A DNA stretch of 64,000 bases from Guillardia theta CCMP2712 (Eukaryota > Protista > Cryptophyta). Made by a program: the position numbers and the translations under genes. How positions within the stretch are numbered: the first letter of the stretch is position 1; the number at the start of each line of letters is the position of its first letter. The stretch spans positions 186,001 through 250,000 of the forward strand of contig NW_005434604.1 of assembly GCF_000315625.1 (NCBI RefSeq). Reading direction: 5' to 3'. The notes under the pieces were generated by a model. The model was given only the letters and a program-made list of their open reading frames with translations. It was not told the DNA's origin and searched no databases. Positions 50,334 to 62,968 of the stretch are shown here, one piece after another.

Positions 50334-51253
50334 CCGTGCCTTGTAACCGCAGAGGAGGTCATGGTAGTCTGCACTTGAACGATGGGAGCAAGGGTGTGAT
50401 TGCCATGGTACGGCGGAGCTAGACGTGGGCCATTTTCGGGTTCAGTCAGGACGTCATTCGTCATGGTGCGTGGAAGGGTCCGACGGGGCTCGTGACATGT
50501 TGAAGCAAGGAGGCAACACAGAGTCTTTCGTAGTTGCGTCTGGGGTATTGTTTCTCTTTCTCTTTCTTATCTCGAATGTACATACACACTCAAAGTTCAA
50601 AAGTGTCTAGTCGAATGCATCAAGTCGTTGTTGGCCTTGTTCCATGCCCTCGCCGGTCATTCGGACAGAGCGGTAGTTGAGATGCTTTACCAGCCTCGGC
50701 TCACTCACAGGCAGTGATCCGATGATCTGACGGCTTACAACTGTTCCAAAGGCAGCGCAAGGAGTTGGAGCTATACCTCTCACGGGCAATATACTTACAT
50801 CGAGATTACAGAAGCTACTCAGCCACCAGACCGATACTCCTCACGCTCTCGCGACTTCCATTGATTTCTTGCTTCGTCTCATTTGTTCTGCACATCGGCC
50901 GAGTTCAGTAAGATGTGTAGCTCAGAACAGTGAGCAAATCAATGAGTCACAGTGAGCAAATCAATGAGTCAAATCCGATTGTATCTGTCTGTAACAATAA
51001 GCGTCAACCACAACATAAAATCTCGTGAAAGTTGTGTTCAAGTTTGCTCCAGTCATGAAGTCAAACTTTCCGTGAACAGACGGAGCCTCCGGTTGTCGCT
51101 CACGGGAAGTCAATTCGGCAAACGAAAAGAAGCGATTTGGATGGCGTAAATATATTTGTGTCACACCCGTTGGAAGAGGTCGCGTTCTGCCAAAGCGACT
51201 GATTTTCCAGCGACTTTTTCGGCCTAGTAGTGTCCTTCGTACCGCGCTGCCCG

Positions 51254-51580
51254 CCTGCCCCTGCCATGGCGTCGGCCAGCTCTCTCCAGCCCCCCCTCAA
51301 GTCCCTCCTCTCCTCTCACGCCTCGAGCCTCCTCTTCCCTGATGGCCAAGATCAGGGCTCCGCACAGGATGATGTCAGGCGTCTTGATACAGCTCCCTCG
51401 CTCAACCATCGATCCTCGGCGGTTCGTACTGAGCAGTATGCTGGAGCAGTGAGCCTGCGGAGCATACATGTGCTGAGCGACTTCGAGCCAGCTGTCAAGC
51501 ACAGCCATGCAATCGTCTGTGTCAGCGACGGCCAAGATCTGCTACGAAACGTCCGGTCCTGCATGCTCCGCCACGCGTAG
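51254..51580 (+). repeat. 327-bp duplication copy 2
   Basis: Matches 50007-50333. Confidence 0.9.
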
Positions 51581-52688
51581 TCTGTGAAAGAACGGCGGGT
51601 TGAACTTCGGAAAGCCTGGGAGGAGATAAGCCTCAGAGAGCAGAAGAAGGCCAGGACGTCATTCGTCATTACAGTCATGATGCCTCGAGTCTGCGTGTGA
51701 TGTCGAGGTCCACGAGTCACCCCGCGCAAACTTTGAGTAGTGGAGCTTTCGGCCGCCAACCTTCTTGGGATCGGTCAGCTGGAGTCACAAGTTCAGTGCC
51801 CTGCTGTTCGAAAGTTCTTCGGTTTTAAACGGTTCACTGTGCAATCGTTTTTCTATCTGTTTGCTTAGTCTCCTTCCTGTTTTGTTATCACAAACCGTTT
51901 TGATACGTGATGATTGGCTAATTCAAAGCCAGGCTGCCCGGGTTCCGGTTTCCCGGGTCACCCCGAGCAGTGCTGGTTCTTTTCGGGCTTGTGTTTTGTG
52001 TGTGTTTGTGCAGCTTCTCGCTGTTCGCTGTGCGCCAGGAGTGTATCACAGTGTCGGATTTACTGGCAGAAGGTAAAAAGTGCCTCAAGCAAAACAAAGC
52101 GGAACAAGCTAAACCTCCTCCGGGTAGCACCACTTCCACTCTGTGTCAGAGTCGGCCATGGTCCGAGTGACTGTGTGTGATGGTGTCACCGTGACTCAGG
52201 CTCAGTGAGTCCCGGAGTCGGTTTGCCAGGCGGCAGTACTGAGCTGTCGGACTCTGTGCCTGACTCGGAGGCTCAGCGGCCGCCGGGCTCGCCTCAGTGA
52301 CCATGACTACTACATCGCCGCGGCTCAACTTGACCTTGGAGTTACAATCAACTTAGTTGCAATTAGCCTGCTACAGCCTGGGCTCGCTGCGGAACCGTAA
52401 GCCGCTAGTGATCCCCCGGCCGCGCCGCGCATTGAATGACGGCTAGTAGTCACTGAGTCAAGTTTGACTAGCTTGGAGGGCCCGCCTCCGAGGAAAGGGG
52501 CTCACAGTGCCTGGCCAGGGAGTCCGAGGGCCCGGCGCGTGTGTTATATCCAGAGGGTAGTGTCAAATAGGGGGTAGGGGTAATACCATGAGGGGTGTAT
52601 GCAATAGTGGATCTATGATAAAAGGTCTGGTAGGGTGATACCAATGCATTGGATGCAAGGTAAGTGGTGATAGGGGGTCCGAGGAATC

Positions 52689-54880
52689 ATGCCGTGGTTG
52701 TTCCTTGCTACTGCGATCCTGTTGCTGTGGGGAGGGGGAGGAGGAGGAGGAGGAGGAGGAGGGGGAGGAGGGGGAGGAGGGGGATTGTGCTTGGCAATTT
52801 CAATTGGAAGATCAACGTCAACGGGAAGTTTGCCTGGGGGGATGCGATGGGTTACAGACCGGCATGGTTTCCCAGTGCTCAAGACAGGATCGGACCTGTT
52901 CCTCTCAGAGAAGGAGATAGCGCATAAGAACGCTGTGAAGAAGATTTCTGCCGAGTTGAGTGTATCCCTACTTGAGAGAACTGAACCGGGAGGATATGCC
53001 CTGAAGAAAGGAACTTCGTCTTCGAATCAAGTTCACGACTCTAGTTACAAGAAGGCACAGTCGAAACCGATCGATCTCTCCTCCTTCAACTCCATCTTGC
53101 GCGTAGACGTCGAGAGCATGATCGTGAGGGCCGAGCCTCTTGTCAACATGGAGGAACTCGTGCAAGCCACGCTGTCGCGCGGGCTTCTTCCTAAGGTTCT
53201 TCCCGAGTTCAAGCACATCACTGTAGGTGGGGCCATCATGGGGGCAGCTCTAGAGAGCAGGTGACGATTAATCTTCTAGGGCCCTGCTGACCGTCTCTCT
53301 CAGCTCACACCGGCACGGGCAGTTTCTGGACATCTGCAACTCAGTCGAGCTGCTGTTGGGGGACGGGAGCGTGATCCTATGTAGCGCCACTCATAACGAG
53401 GACTTGTTCAATGCTCTGAGCGGGTCGTACGGTATGCTCCAACTTGTCCTCCCTCCTGCACACGTTGAAAGGTTGGCAGGAACGTTGGGCGTTCTCTTGT
53501 CGGCCTCTATCTCTTGTGTGCCGGCCACACAGTACATCAAGGTAAACCATCACTATGAAGAAAGGAGGGGAACTTGACATGTTCTGCAGATGAGCTATAC
53601 CCTGCTGCCCACCATAGACAAGGCGATTCAGACCATGGAGAGACTGTGCGGTCCTTCATCCGAGCACGAGTTCATCGATGGCGTTCAGCTCGCCAACTCC
53701 AAGCACGCCATCGTCGTCGTTGCTGACTTCTATCAAGCCCCGTTCCTGCAGCAGACGGATTCGGCGAACATTAAGGCGGCCGATCGCCCTGCCAGCGTGA
53801 CGAGCGGCTTTAAGGATGAGCCCTCTCCGAAGAAGTGCAAGGTCCTCTCCCTGGGAAGGCCATGGAACCTGTGGTTCTACGAGCACTTGAGCCGGGTAGC
53901 AGAGAAATTGAGGAGGAAACATCCGGATCTGATGAAAAGGAGCGATTTCCACATAGAGGGCGACTTCTTCGAGATAGTCAAAACGGAAGACTATCTCTTT
54001 CGCTACGACTACGGCGCCTTCTGGATGGCACGGCCGATGACGTGGGGGGCAAAGAGCACCAGGTAAGATGTGACGAGCCTTGTTTGTCCTGTGTTGATGC
54101 TCTTGTCATTCTGATTGCGTTGACAACAGGCTTAATCTGGTGACCTCTACTTTGTTTCTGATGACAAGTCCATGGCTGAGAATGTTCACGGGGTGGATGT
54201 TCTCAACGAGGATCCTTTTCTCCTTGCTCAGACTCGCCTCAAGATCCGCAATTGCGTCAAAGATGATCATTCTGGTATCAAATTCCTCCCAAGTTTGCAG
54301 TCACCCTTCAAGTCTCCATCTCTTGCTCACACTTCGCTCATTTCTCTACACGCCCTTCTTCTCCCTCTCTTCCACCCTTCCCGTGCAAATTGTGACGTCT
54401 TCACAGGATGCATACATGCCCATCAGGAGCGCCGCGACGCTCGTGCAGGAAGTTCGGTCCAAGGTTCCCATCAGCACCCCGATCTGGCTTTGCCCCGTCA
54501 AACCCTCATCAGCAGCCCAGCTGCTCTCTCCCCATGGGCACGTGAAATCGCTGGTGGTGAACGTGGGGATCTACGGGCGGGTGTGCGATGGCAGAGGCTC
54601 GTTCTACACCAAGTTCCTGGAGGCTCAGATTGCGAAGCTAGGGGGAAGGAAAATGCTCTATTCGCAAAATTTCTACAGCGAGAATGAGTTCTGGGGAAGA
54701 GAAGCGCCGTGGAAGAAGACGATGCCTTCGGAGAGCGAGTACAACCAGCTGAGGAAGAAATACGCAGCAGAAGGTGTGTTTCCCAACCTCTTCGTCAAAG
54801 TCTGCGAGGCCGCGCGGCCACCCGAGCAAGCGACGTTCAGAAATCGACTCTCCAACTTTCTCTCCAACCTGCTTCTCTAG
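52689..54880 (+). CDS. DHCR24: Delta(24)-sterol reductase family FAD oxidoreductase (DHCR24/DWF1-like)
   Basis: AEPLVNMEEL, VLPEFKHITVGGAIMGAALESSSHRHGQF, DLFNALSGSYGTLG, DYLFRYDYGAFW, PIWLCP, VNVGIYG, GGRKMLYS, LRKKYAAEGVFP. Confidence 0.88.
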
Positions 54881-54892
54881 TGACTCTCTGGA

Positions 54893-57257
54893 TCATCTGC
54901 TCTTCTTCTTTGCTTTCTTCTTGTTCTTGGCATCGTTCGTATTGCCCATCCCCATCCCCAGGCCCTGGCCTCTCTCTACCGGCTTCTCCGCTTTGCTTCC
55001 TCCACCAGAAGGGATTGGCTGATTTGCCGACCACAGCGCGAGCTCCTCCATAGCGAGCTTGAACTCGTCCAAGTACGGCTGAGCTCGTTCAACAGGATGG
55101 GAGATCTCTCGGATTTGATAGGTTGCGTCTGCATACACCTTCCGCTCGATCGCCATGATCCTGTGATGATGGAGAATGTACCGATGGGCTACAGCTTGCA
55201 GGTCAAGCTCGTCAACGAGACTGTCTTCGTTAAAGTTTGCCCATCGCTGAGGCTCGGCCTGCAGCATCCTTCTTGCTAACTCTTGTGCAATATGCCTGCA
55301 TAGTAGATCCGAGGATTCTGTAATTTACACGTTCAGTGTCTCTCCCGCCGATTAAAATTTGTTAAACTCTCATCCCTTACCTTCTTTCGAGCCATCCGTG
55401 AGGGACAGGATGGGAAGGGACGAGAAGCCAAGAGGAAGAGGAGCATGGAGCGAGAGCCACTGGTCACGTTCCAGCTTGTTGACGTCAAAACTTCCTTCGA
55501 TCAGCACTGGGAGCTTCTTTCTCGACAGAGCAGACGCGCGCATGCACGCGAAGTTCAGATCCCAGACGTGCCTGAGAAGCTCGTCAGTCTCGCTGCTCGT
55601 CTCCTCGCAAGAGTTCACGTGTCAACGCCCAGCGTGAGGTGGATGGACTCCTCCTTCGTCTTCACTCCGTTGACAGTGTCGGTCACGTGCGGGTATCTGC
55701 CGCAAGACGTCAGGAGAAGGGGAACTTGTGGGTTATGCACACCCAGCTGGGACATAGAGCATCTGCCCTGGCTCTAGGACGACATCAAGGAGCTGTAAAG
55801 ATGAGCTGTATCAGAAGATATAGAATCTTCTTTCTCCTCATTTGCACTCCCCCCCTCCTTCATCCCATCCAACACTTCTTGGAGGCCCAAGGCAGCATAC
55901 CGGCTCCTCGAGCTCTTCGAACGTCAAGACGTCATTTCCCTTTCCGCGCGTGAAAGGATCTTGCTGTCAAAAGCTTCCTCCTCAACACAAGTACAAGTGG
56001 AGGCATGACGTACCATCACTTTGTTTGCGGGATGAGGAGGCATGTATATCCTCCACCTCTTGCTACCCTGTGCCTGCAAACCGCAGGGAGTGAGGCTTAT
56101 GAATGATGGAACAGAGGTCTCTACTTGGATCGCAATCACGTCTTGCTTGTCCGTATGCAGAGGTGCGGAGGAAGGCTTGAGGGACTCTGTCATGTAGATG
56201 TTCAGCCATATTGGCAGCTACGGGGAGGCAGTTAGGATCTTCCAGGCGCATCGCCATCAACTCCAGCAAGGTACGACCTGGAAAGCATTCAACAAGGCTG
56301 TGCAGATAGAAGCGAGCCGAGGCATGAAGAAGCTGGAAGGAGCTCGTCAGTCCTTCTTCGTCGATCTTAACGCAAGGATAACAACCCAGCACTGTTGAGG
56401 GACACTGTACCCTTCTGCATCTGCTCCTTGATACTGTCGAAGTCCAAGGGCGCCATGTTGTTTGCATCGTTCATCTCCGGTCCAAACTTCGACATCATCC
56501 ACCCGCCATTCTCCAATGTCAGGACAGCCGTCCCGGCATACGTTGCTGGATAGAAACTGTCTCTGCATGTCAGCATCATGGAGACAGCACGGTAAGAGTT
56601 TCTCACGTGCACTGTGTCTCAAGATCGCTCATGCTGAAGCATTCTTTTGCAAAAGGGATCACCGCATCGAACTTGAAGGGCTGAAAACCAATGAACATCC
56701 TGGTATACCCTTCCAGAAGTGGAAATTACCTTCTTAGACCAATACTCCGAGATGAATTCTTCGTTCTTAGCGAGGTTGCGGAACAGTTCATTCCAGGGAT
56801 TCATGGCCACATTGCTTGTACAAAGCTCCTCAAGATAATCAAGCTGGTCCTCATGCTTTCCGTCTGACTGCACCTCCCTCCCGATCTTCCGCTCCAGGTC
56901 AGCGAGCGTTTGGCGATCTCCTTCCTTCAAGTTGGTAGCCCTGCGAGCGATCAAACACCTCTGGGCCACACCTGGGACAGCAAATCCGAGTTCATCACGG
57001 TATGCTGTCCTTCGAGCTGCTCGAATGAGTCCTGCTCTTCCCCCACACGCAGATTGACCTCGACCACGACAGTCCTTGCGATCACCAGCATTGGGCATGA
57101 TGGCGAAGCCTAAGAGGTCGCGAGACGGACTGAGAGGAGATGACTTGGAAGAGGAAACACAAGGGAAAAGCGAAGGAGAGGAGGAGGAGGAGGATGTTTG
57201 AAGGAGGAGGAGGAGGAGGAGGAGGCCTCCAAATGGAAACATAGCGGCCGGCTGCAT
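54893..57257 (-). CDS. JmjC/Cupin_4 2-oxoglutarate-Fe(II) oxygenase (NO66/MINA53/YcfD-like) with bipartite leader
   Basis: EFISEYWSKK|PF; NIYMT..APLHTDKQDVIAIQ|AQGSKRWRIY (HxD); LEPGQMLYVPAG|YPH; SIHLT; leucine-rich signal peptide followed by S/R-rich transit-like region. Confidence 0.82.
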
Positions 57258-57269
57258 TGGGAGATGGGA

Positions 57270-58015
57270 AGTGGAGGGGGTCCGTATTGTGATTCTGGTG
57301 GGTAGGGTTCAATTGGTGGGTGGGGAGATACCCAACAGAGGGTGGGGGTATAAAATACTTTCAATTCACCGGTATATTGCAGAGCAATTTGGTACTAAAA
57401 TGGGGGGTTACTCAGAAATTGGGTGGGTAAAAATAATGAGGGGTGGTCATTTATCCCCTCAACTTGTGTTTCCATAGGGGTACTCAGACGAGTGAACTCT
57501 CAGCGGGGGTGGGTAAGTGTCGTGACCCACCCTCATGTTCCATGGAAGATTCCAGGAAACCACTAGGGTGGGGTATACAAATGGGTTGTTCCGCAGGGTG
57601 GGTTATACCTGACAATTAACAGTACCGGTACTAATTATATAAGAAGGAGGGGTGACCCAAAGTTTGTACGTATCGGGCTATACAAGGGGTCCTAAGCAGG
57701 AATTTTCAGGGGTGTGGTAGGAATAGGGGTCCGGTCCAGAGCAAACAAAAGTGAGAGTGGGGGTAGTCACCCTACCTTGTCTTTAGAGGGGAAAATGTGG
57801 TATCGTGATGGGGTACTTCCGAGTAATCGTCGGGTACTCCACAAAGTGGTCGTCCATATCTGCGGATTCCACAGAAACGAAAGGGCAGAAAATAGGGGTG
57901 GGGAATATCAGAAGGGTCCAAGTTCATCTTCAATGTAGGGGTACTATTATCTTTATTCAGGGGTGGGGTGAATACGAGTTGGGGTGGATCATGCCCTGCT
58001 TCAGATGGGGGTAGT
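57270..58015. repeat. Intergenic G-tract island
   Basis: More than 20 GGG(G)T runs on + strand, with AGTACCGGTACT at 57621-57632; lies between divergent genes. Confidence 0.6.
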
Positions 58016-58550
58016 ATAGAATGAGTCAGAGCGGCATGGTCGGAGCGAAAGGGATATTGAAGCGAGAGGAAGGAGAGGAGAGGAGAGGAGAGGAGATGAT
58101 TGACTAAAGGGAGTTCAGGTTGTGAGGAGAGGTTAGATGAAGGTGTGTGCTTGAGATAATGATGTACACATGAGTGATTGATGTCTAGGAAAATCGGAAA
58201 TGCAATTTTTGTCTTGGGAAGTCAGAGCTGTGGGGATAAGCGACTAGTGGCCCATGTAAGGTGGTATGGCAAACACGAAGGAAATCAGAATGATACGAGA
58301 TAGTAAGAGTGAGGAATGCTCCGCAACAGAACGATGGCAATGATAGCGTATTCTCTACGCTTGTAGTCTTCACAGGCCTCATGATCAATTATGTTGCAGT
58401 ACCTCTAAGCGTAAGCGATGCTCCTTATAGTTTTCCTGTCTCTGGCTAACTTGACTCCATGCTTCTCTTGCAGAAACCTCACTCTATTCGTTGGTGGGCC
58501 TTGCTCTGAGGGACTTTGACTGGACGTGAAGATGCGCCCACCCGCGGAGT

Positions 58551-60237
58551 CATGGTACTTCTAGCACCATGGGAGGCATACGCGACTGACGGCTGTCCTC
58601 TAGCTCCGGGCCCAACAATCAGAGTGGATTCCCACGAGCAAACAGTTTCTTCGGGTGCATCTTTCTCAAGCAGGTATGCGTCGGCGCATTCTCGGTCGGC
58701 CGGCAGCGTTATGAGACTTGCAGGGAGTTATGTGCATCTGTTACGCCCAGATGATGTCGGCAATGCTCATGTTTGTTCTTATAGCACTTCTGGTGAAAAT
58801 ATCTCCTCCCCCTCCCTACCTCCCTACCTCCCTCCCTCCCTCCCTCCCTCCCTACCTACCTCCCCATCCCTCCCTTCCCCCTGTGCCCCCTATCACGCAC
58901 TCCCTCTTTCCCTCAAACTCAAACTGATGTCATACTTGTTCTGCAGGTGATGGCATTCATTGACGAAGAACAGGTGTGCTCTACCGTCAACCTCACTCAT
59001 GATTGACCCTCCACGTTTGCAGTTCTTGAAAGCGCATTATTATACCGCGTCGAAGAGATTGTTCATGGCTTCTATGATGTAATCAATTTGAACTTGTTTC
59101 TAGTGAGATATTCATTTGGGAATGGATAGGTATGGAGCTCCGGCCTTGATCCTGATAGGTCTGAAATCGTCGTTCCTGCACCATTCGGGTGCTGATGTGT
59201 CTGAAAACATCAGGAGCGTTCTACGGTGCCGAGTTCTTCTTTGCTCTGAAATGTCTTACAAGCATACACAAGTCGGAGCCTGGTAAGCGACATGTTCGTG
59301 CCAGAGGGCAGATAACCGGTGTTCGCTGCAGATGGGATAAGATATTACTACTTGTATCAGATATGGGCCCTGTCCTTCAGCCTGGCCGGTCTCTGTCTAA
59401 CTGTTTTTTTGCATTCCTCCTTGGATGCTTTCTTGCTCTGCCTCGCTGTCTCGTGCATTCATCGCTACTTTACTGCTTCCCCTCACTTAAACTGCCAAGT
59501 TCTCTCGTGGCTGTACATTCAATTTCTCACCTTGTGATCATGCTTGCGTCCTTTACACTTCTCATGCACCAATGCTCCATGACACCTGTTGCTGTTCTGT
59601 AAACTGTTCCCTCTGCTTCTTTTCCTTCCCGCCCTAACTTTGGCCTGCTCAGCTTTCTGCATGACAACCCGCTGGTCGTTCGGTGACTGCATGAACATGA
59701 TCTTTGATGTGGGGCTCTGGGGTTATTTTATCTGGTGCATTTGGTCGCTGCACGAGGCGCTGATGATCGGAGGAGAGACTGCAGTCTTGGCAGGTGTGAC
59801 TCCCTTCCTCCCTGACTCCCTCCCTCCCTCTCTCACTCACTCACTCACTCACTCCCTCTCTCACTCACTCCCTCCCTCTCTCACTCACTCCCTCCCTCCC
59901 TCCCTCTCTCACTCCCTCCCTTCCTCCCTCCCTCCCTCCCTCCCTCCCTCCCTCTCTCCACTCCCTCCCTTCCTCCCTCCCTCCCTCCCTCCCTCCCTCC
60001 CTCCCTCCCTCCCTCCTCTCACTCACTCACTCACTCACTCACTCACTCACTCACTTTCCCCCCCCACTCTCCCCCCTCACCTCATTACTTGTTTGCACAG
60101 GCTTCGGTCAAGCCGCTTCTCTCGAGCGGAGCGGGTGGGAAACAAGAACGCCGACTTGCAGCCCTCTGACCTCGTGCGACAGGTTGTTGAACCAAGAACA
60201 GTCGGTGGACACGTCGAATGTCCCGTCGACAAAGTGA
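58551..60237 (+). CDS. Multi-exon hypothetical membrane protein
   Basis: Hydrophobic exons (DGIRYYYLYQIWALSFSLAG, MIFDVGLWGYFIWCIWSLHEAL); last exon in frame to TGA 60235-60237. Confidence 0.45.
59806..60078. repeat. Intronic (CCCT)n/(CACT)n compound microsatellite
   Basis: Directly visible; lies between donor G|GTGTGA and acceptor GCACAG. Confidence 0.9.
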
Positions 60238-60459
60238 TCTCGAACCCTCATGTGTGGCAGAGCCTGACGAGGTTGCAGTTACCTCCCAGGAAGGGATGCA
60301 TCACATTTCATCGAGAAGCTCTGAGGACGGCAGTGTTACACTAGTACAGCATACTGTATTTCTTCAGCACGTCACATCACTACACTTTCGTACCCACGCT
60401 AGTACGGATCGGAGGTTTTGGCCTTGTGGAAAGAGTCAATGGAGAGATTTTGAAGGCGG

Positions 60460-62430
60460 AAGGTCACCGGCAGTTGTCCTCATCATCCTTGGGAGGCTTG
60501 GTCTCGTTTTGACGTCGCAGAACATGTTCTGTGTGGTTGCGCAGCTGCGACAGGATGAGGAAAGAGGAGGGCAGAGGGAAGTAGCTCACAAATAAAAGTC
60601 GGATGAAATGCAGCCAGAAAGGATTCGTGCAGAAGTAGCTCACGATGACGATGAGGAAGAGGATAACTCCTCCCGCCTGCTCGCTGTCAGCCTGCAGTTG
60701 AAATCCAGCTCGCGGCAGCACCAGCATGAACCCAGCTCGAACGGCGGCGCTCGTGAGGTCCGTGCTGGTTATCTTTATGGGGGAGGAGCCTTGTGTACTT
60801 TCTGCTACTGTGAGCGCCAGGAGAAATTCCCCGCCGTTCTTTCCCAGGCCCTGGATACCTGCAGCAGCCGTCACTTCCCGCTGCTCCTCGTGCTGCTCGA
60901 CGCTCTGCTCGTCCCCCCAATTCCCCCTGTATACCTTCGGTAAAGAAGCAGCCGGCTGATGCCAGTAGGCTTAGGGAGACTATTGCTGAGATGTACTCCC
61001 TCCTTGAGGTCATGAGCTTGAACCTGCCACCTTCTCCCTCACACATCATCATGACAACTCCAGCAACTCACAATTGAGGTCGAGCAATCTGCACGTAGAT
61101 CTGCCGCGAAGCCGTAAGAGAAAGAGCAAGACGCAGATAGCTTACTCGCTCCCCGTCAAGAAAAGCAGAGTCGTTCCTTGTGACGATTGCCCTGCACCGA
61201 AACAACTAAGGGCTCCTCCCTCCCCTCTCGTTTCAAGTATCACCTGTACTCCTCTAGTCTGAAGTACCAGCTGATCTCAGCCTGATAATTGCGGACTATG
61301 CGAATCTCCGAGGAAAATGTCCCCTTCTTCTCGAACTCTGAAACACTCTGAGAGACAACACTGAGCAAGAGTTGTTTCAAAAGGATGGAGCTGCAAACAT
61401 TTCATGGAACAAAACCTGATCGGAATCTCCACATACTTGATCCACAAGTGAACTGTATAGATTGCAAATACCACATGAGAACAGATTCCTGCGATCAACA
61501 AACCGATCGCCACGCTCATGATCTACAAGACTTCATCAGCAACACATGAAATACCAAGGAACAAGCATCACCTTCCCAACGTTGTTGACGCACGGACCCT
61601 CCTTGGAACGAAGCCAGCAGTCCAGGGGCTTCTCATCGGACCCTTGGTACCCCGTAATGAAATCATCTACCATCTATTGTGCATTTCTAAGCGTTAGAAG
61701 CTTCAGCTCAACAATCGCTCCTTGTTTTCCACCTGTGCTGGTCCAGTCGAAGAGAATAAGCGGCAGGTCGCAGTGCTGATTTGAAAGTCCCAGCTGGTAC
61801 ACGTCGACGAAAGAGTTGTGCACTTCCTGCAGCAATCCGTCCAGTCTGCCCCGATTTGATGGGTTCGATCGCAAGTAGTACAACGGTAGGGGTTGGTAGA
61901 CTGGAGTTCTCCATCAAGAACATGAACAAACAAGTCTTTGTGGCCTCACGAGCGTGCTGATAGAGAAAGGAATGCCTGCCAGCTTCCCCTTGGTCGCGTT
62001 GCAGTTCGACATGCCTGAGCATGGCATCTTTCGACAACCATCATTCAACCAGGAAACAAGTTCACTTCTTGCCCTACCCATTGCACTCCTTTGAGAAGTT
62101 TAGTCTCCCCTTGGCATGTAGATCCCTCGGCAATCGCACATACACTGATGGGGAAGCTGCAAGGAGAACTCTGAGTCAGCTAGGGAGACAAAGTCATACT
62201 CTTCTCACCCGCCAGCAAATTTGCTTGTCTTTTCGTACAAACCCGTTTGGGCTCCGCAACCTGAAAACTCATACGGACAGACTCCTCTGCGAACATCGCA
62301 CGTCTTCAGGACCGTTGTCGGTATCTTGGAGGAGAGGGAGCACTGACAAGAAGAATCCACGAGTTGAAGAGACTGCAGGGCGAGCAGGATAGCGACGGGA
62401 GACAACAGCAGGGTTCGAGCTGCCATCCAT
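60460..62430 (-). CDS. Multi-exon hypothetical secreted/membrane protein
   Basis: Signal-like MAARTLLLSPVAILLALQSLQLVDSS, Cys-containing exons and several hydrophobic exons (IMSVAIGLLIAGICSHVVFAIY); ends uncertain. Confidence 0.4.
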
Positions 62431-62645
62431 CCACAGCGCACCTGAACCATTGCAGTTGATCAGAGCGATTTCAGACACGAGGACACGTCAGGTGTGGGGG
62501 GATGGAGAGGACAACAGCATATCGACATAGGTAGTCTCCCAGTCAGCTGCTAGAAAGAGGCGCATACAATTTTTACAATAGTTTCATGTCATTTCACGCA
62601 TTTTTGACTTTTTTCTTCTGAGTGCCAATTGTCTTGTCCTGGCTC

Positions 62646-62676
62646 GTACTGATTTTTAACTTAACTTTGAGTAAAG
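62646..62676 (-). repeat. Dispersed intergenic element, near-perfect copy
   Basis: Reverse complement CTTTACTCAAAGTTAAGTTAAAAATCAGTAC (1 mismatch to the 17009 copy); adjacent to GGCCGGCCCGGTCGGCCGGGCCCCGG. Confidence 0.85.
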
Positions 62677-62968
62677 TTTAAATGGCACTTGGCTGCGGCC
62701 GGCCCGGTCGGCCGGGCCCCGGACCGGCCATTAGTAGGGGTCGGAGCAAAAAAAGAAAAAAGATCCACCCCCCATTTTGACCTCGAATACCCCACCATAT
62801 CGATGGTTTCGGATGCTTTTACGACCCCCCTATCCACTGTAAAAAGGACCCCCCATCTCGGATCCAAAACTCCGACGAAAAAAAACGTCATTAGGATTGT
62901 ACGGGGTCCTTTTGCAGTCATCTAGACGGGTCAAGACCATTGAGATCGATACCGACATCTGCGACAAA

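Noticed and set aside
52160-52460. TGAGTCA/TGACTCA (AP-1-like) sites here and at 18162, 28563, 28690, 50943 and 58022
   Set aside because: The total count is close to chance for a 7-mer in 64 kb on two strands; enrichment not demonstrated.
59589-60344. 251-aa Pro/Ser/Leu-rich ORF
   Set aside because: Read-through of an intronic CCCT/CACT microsatellite.
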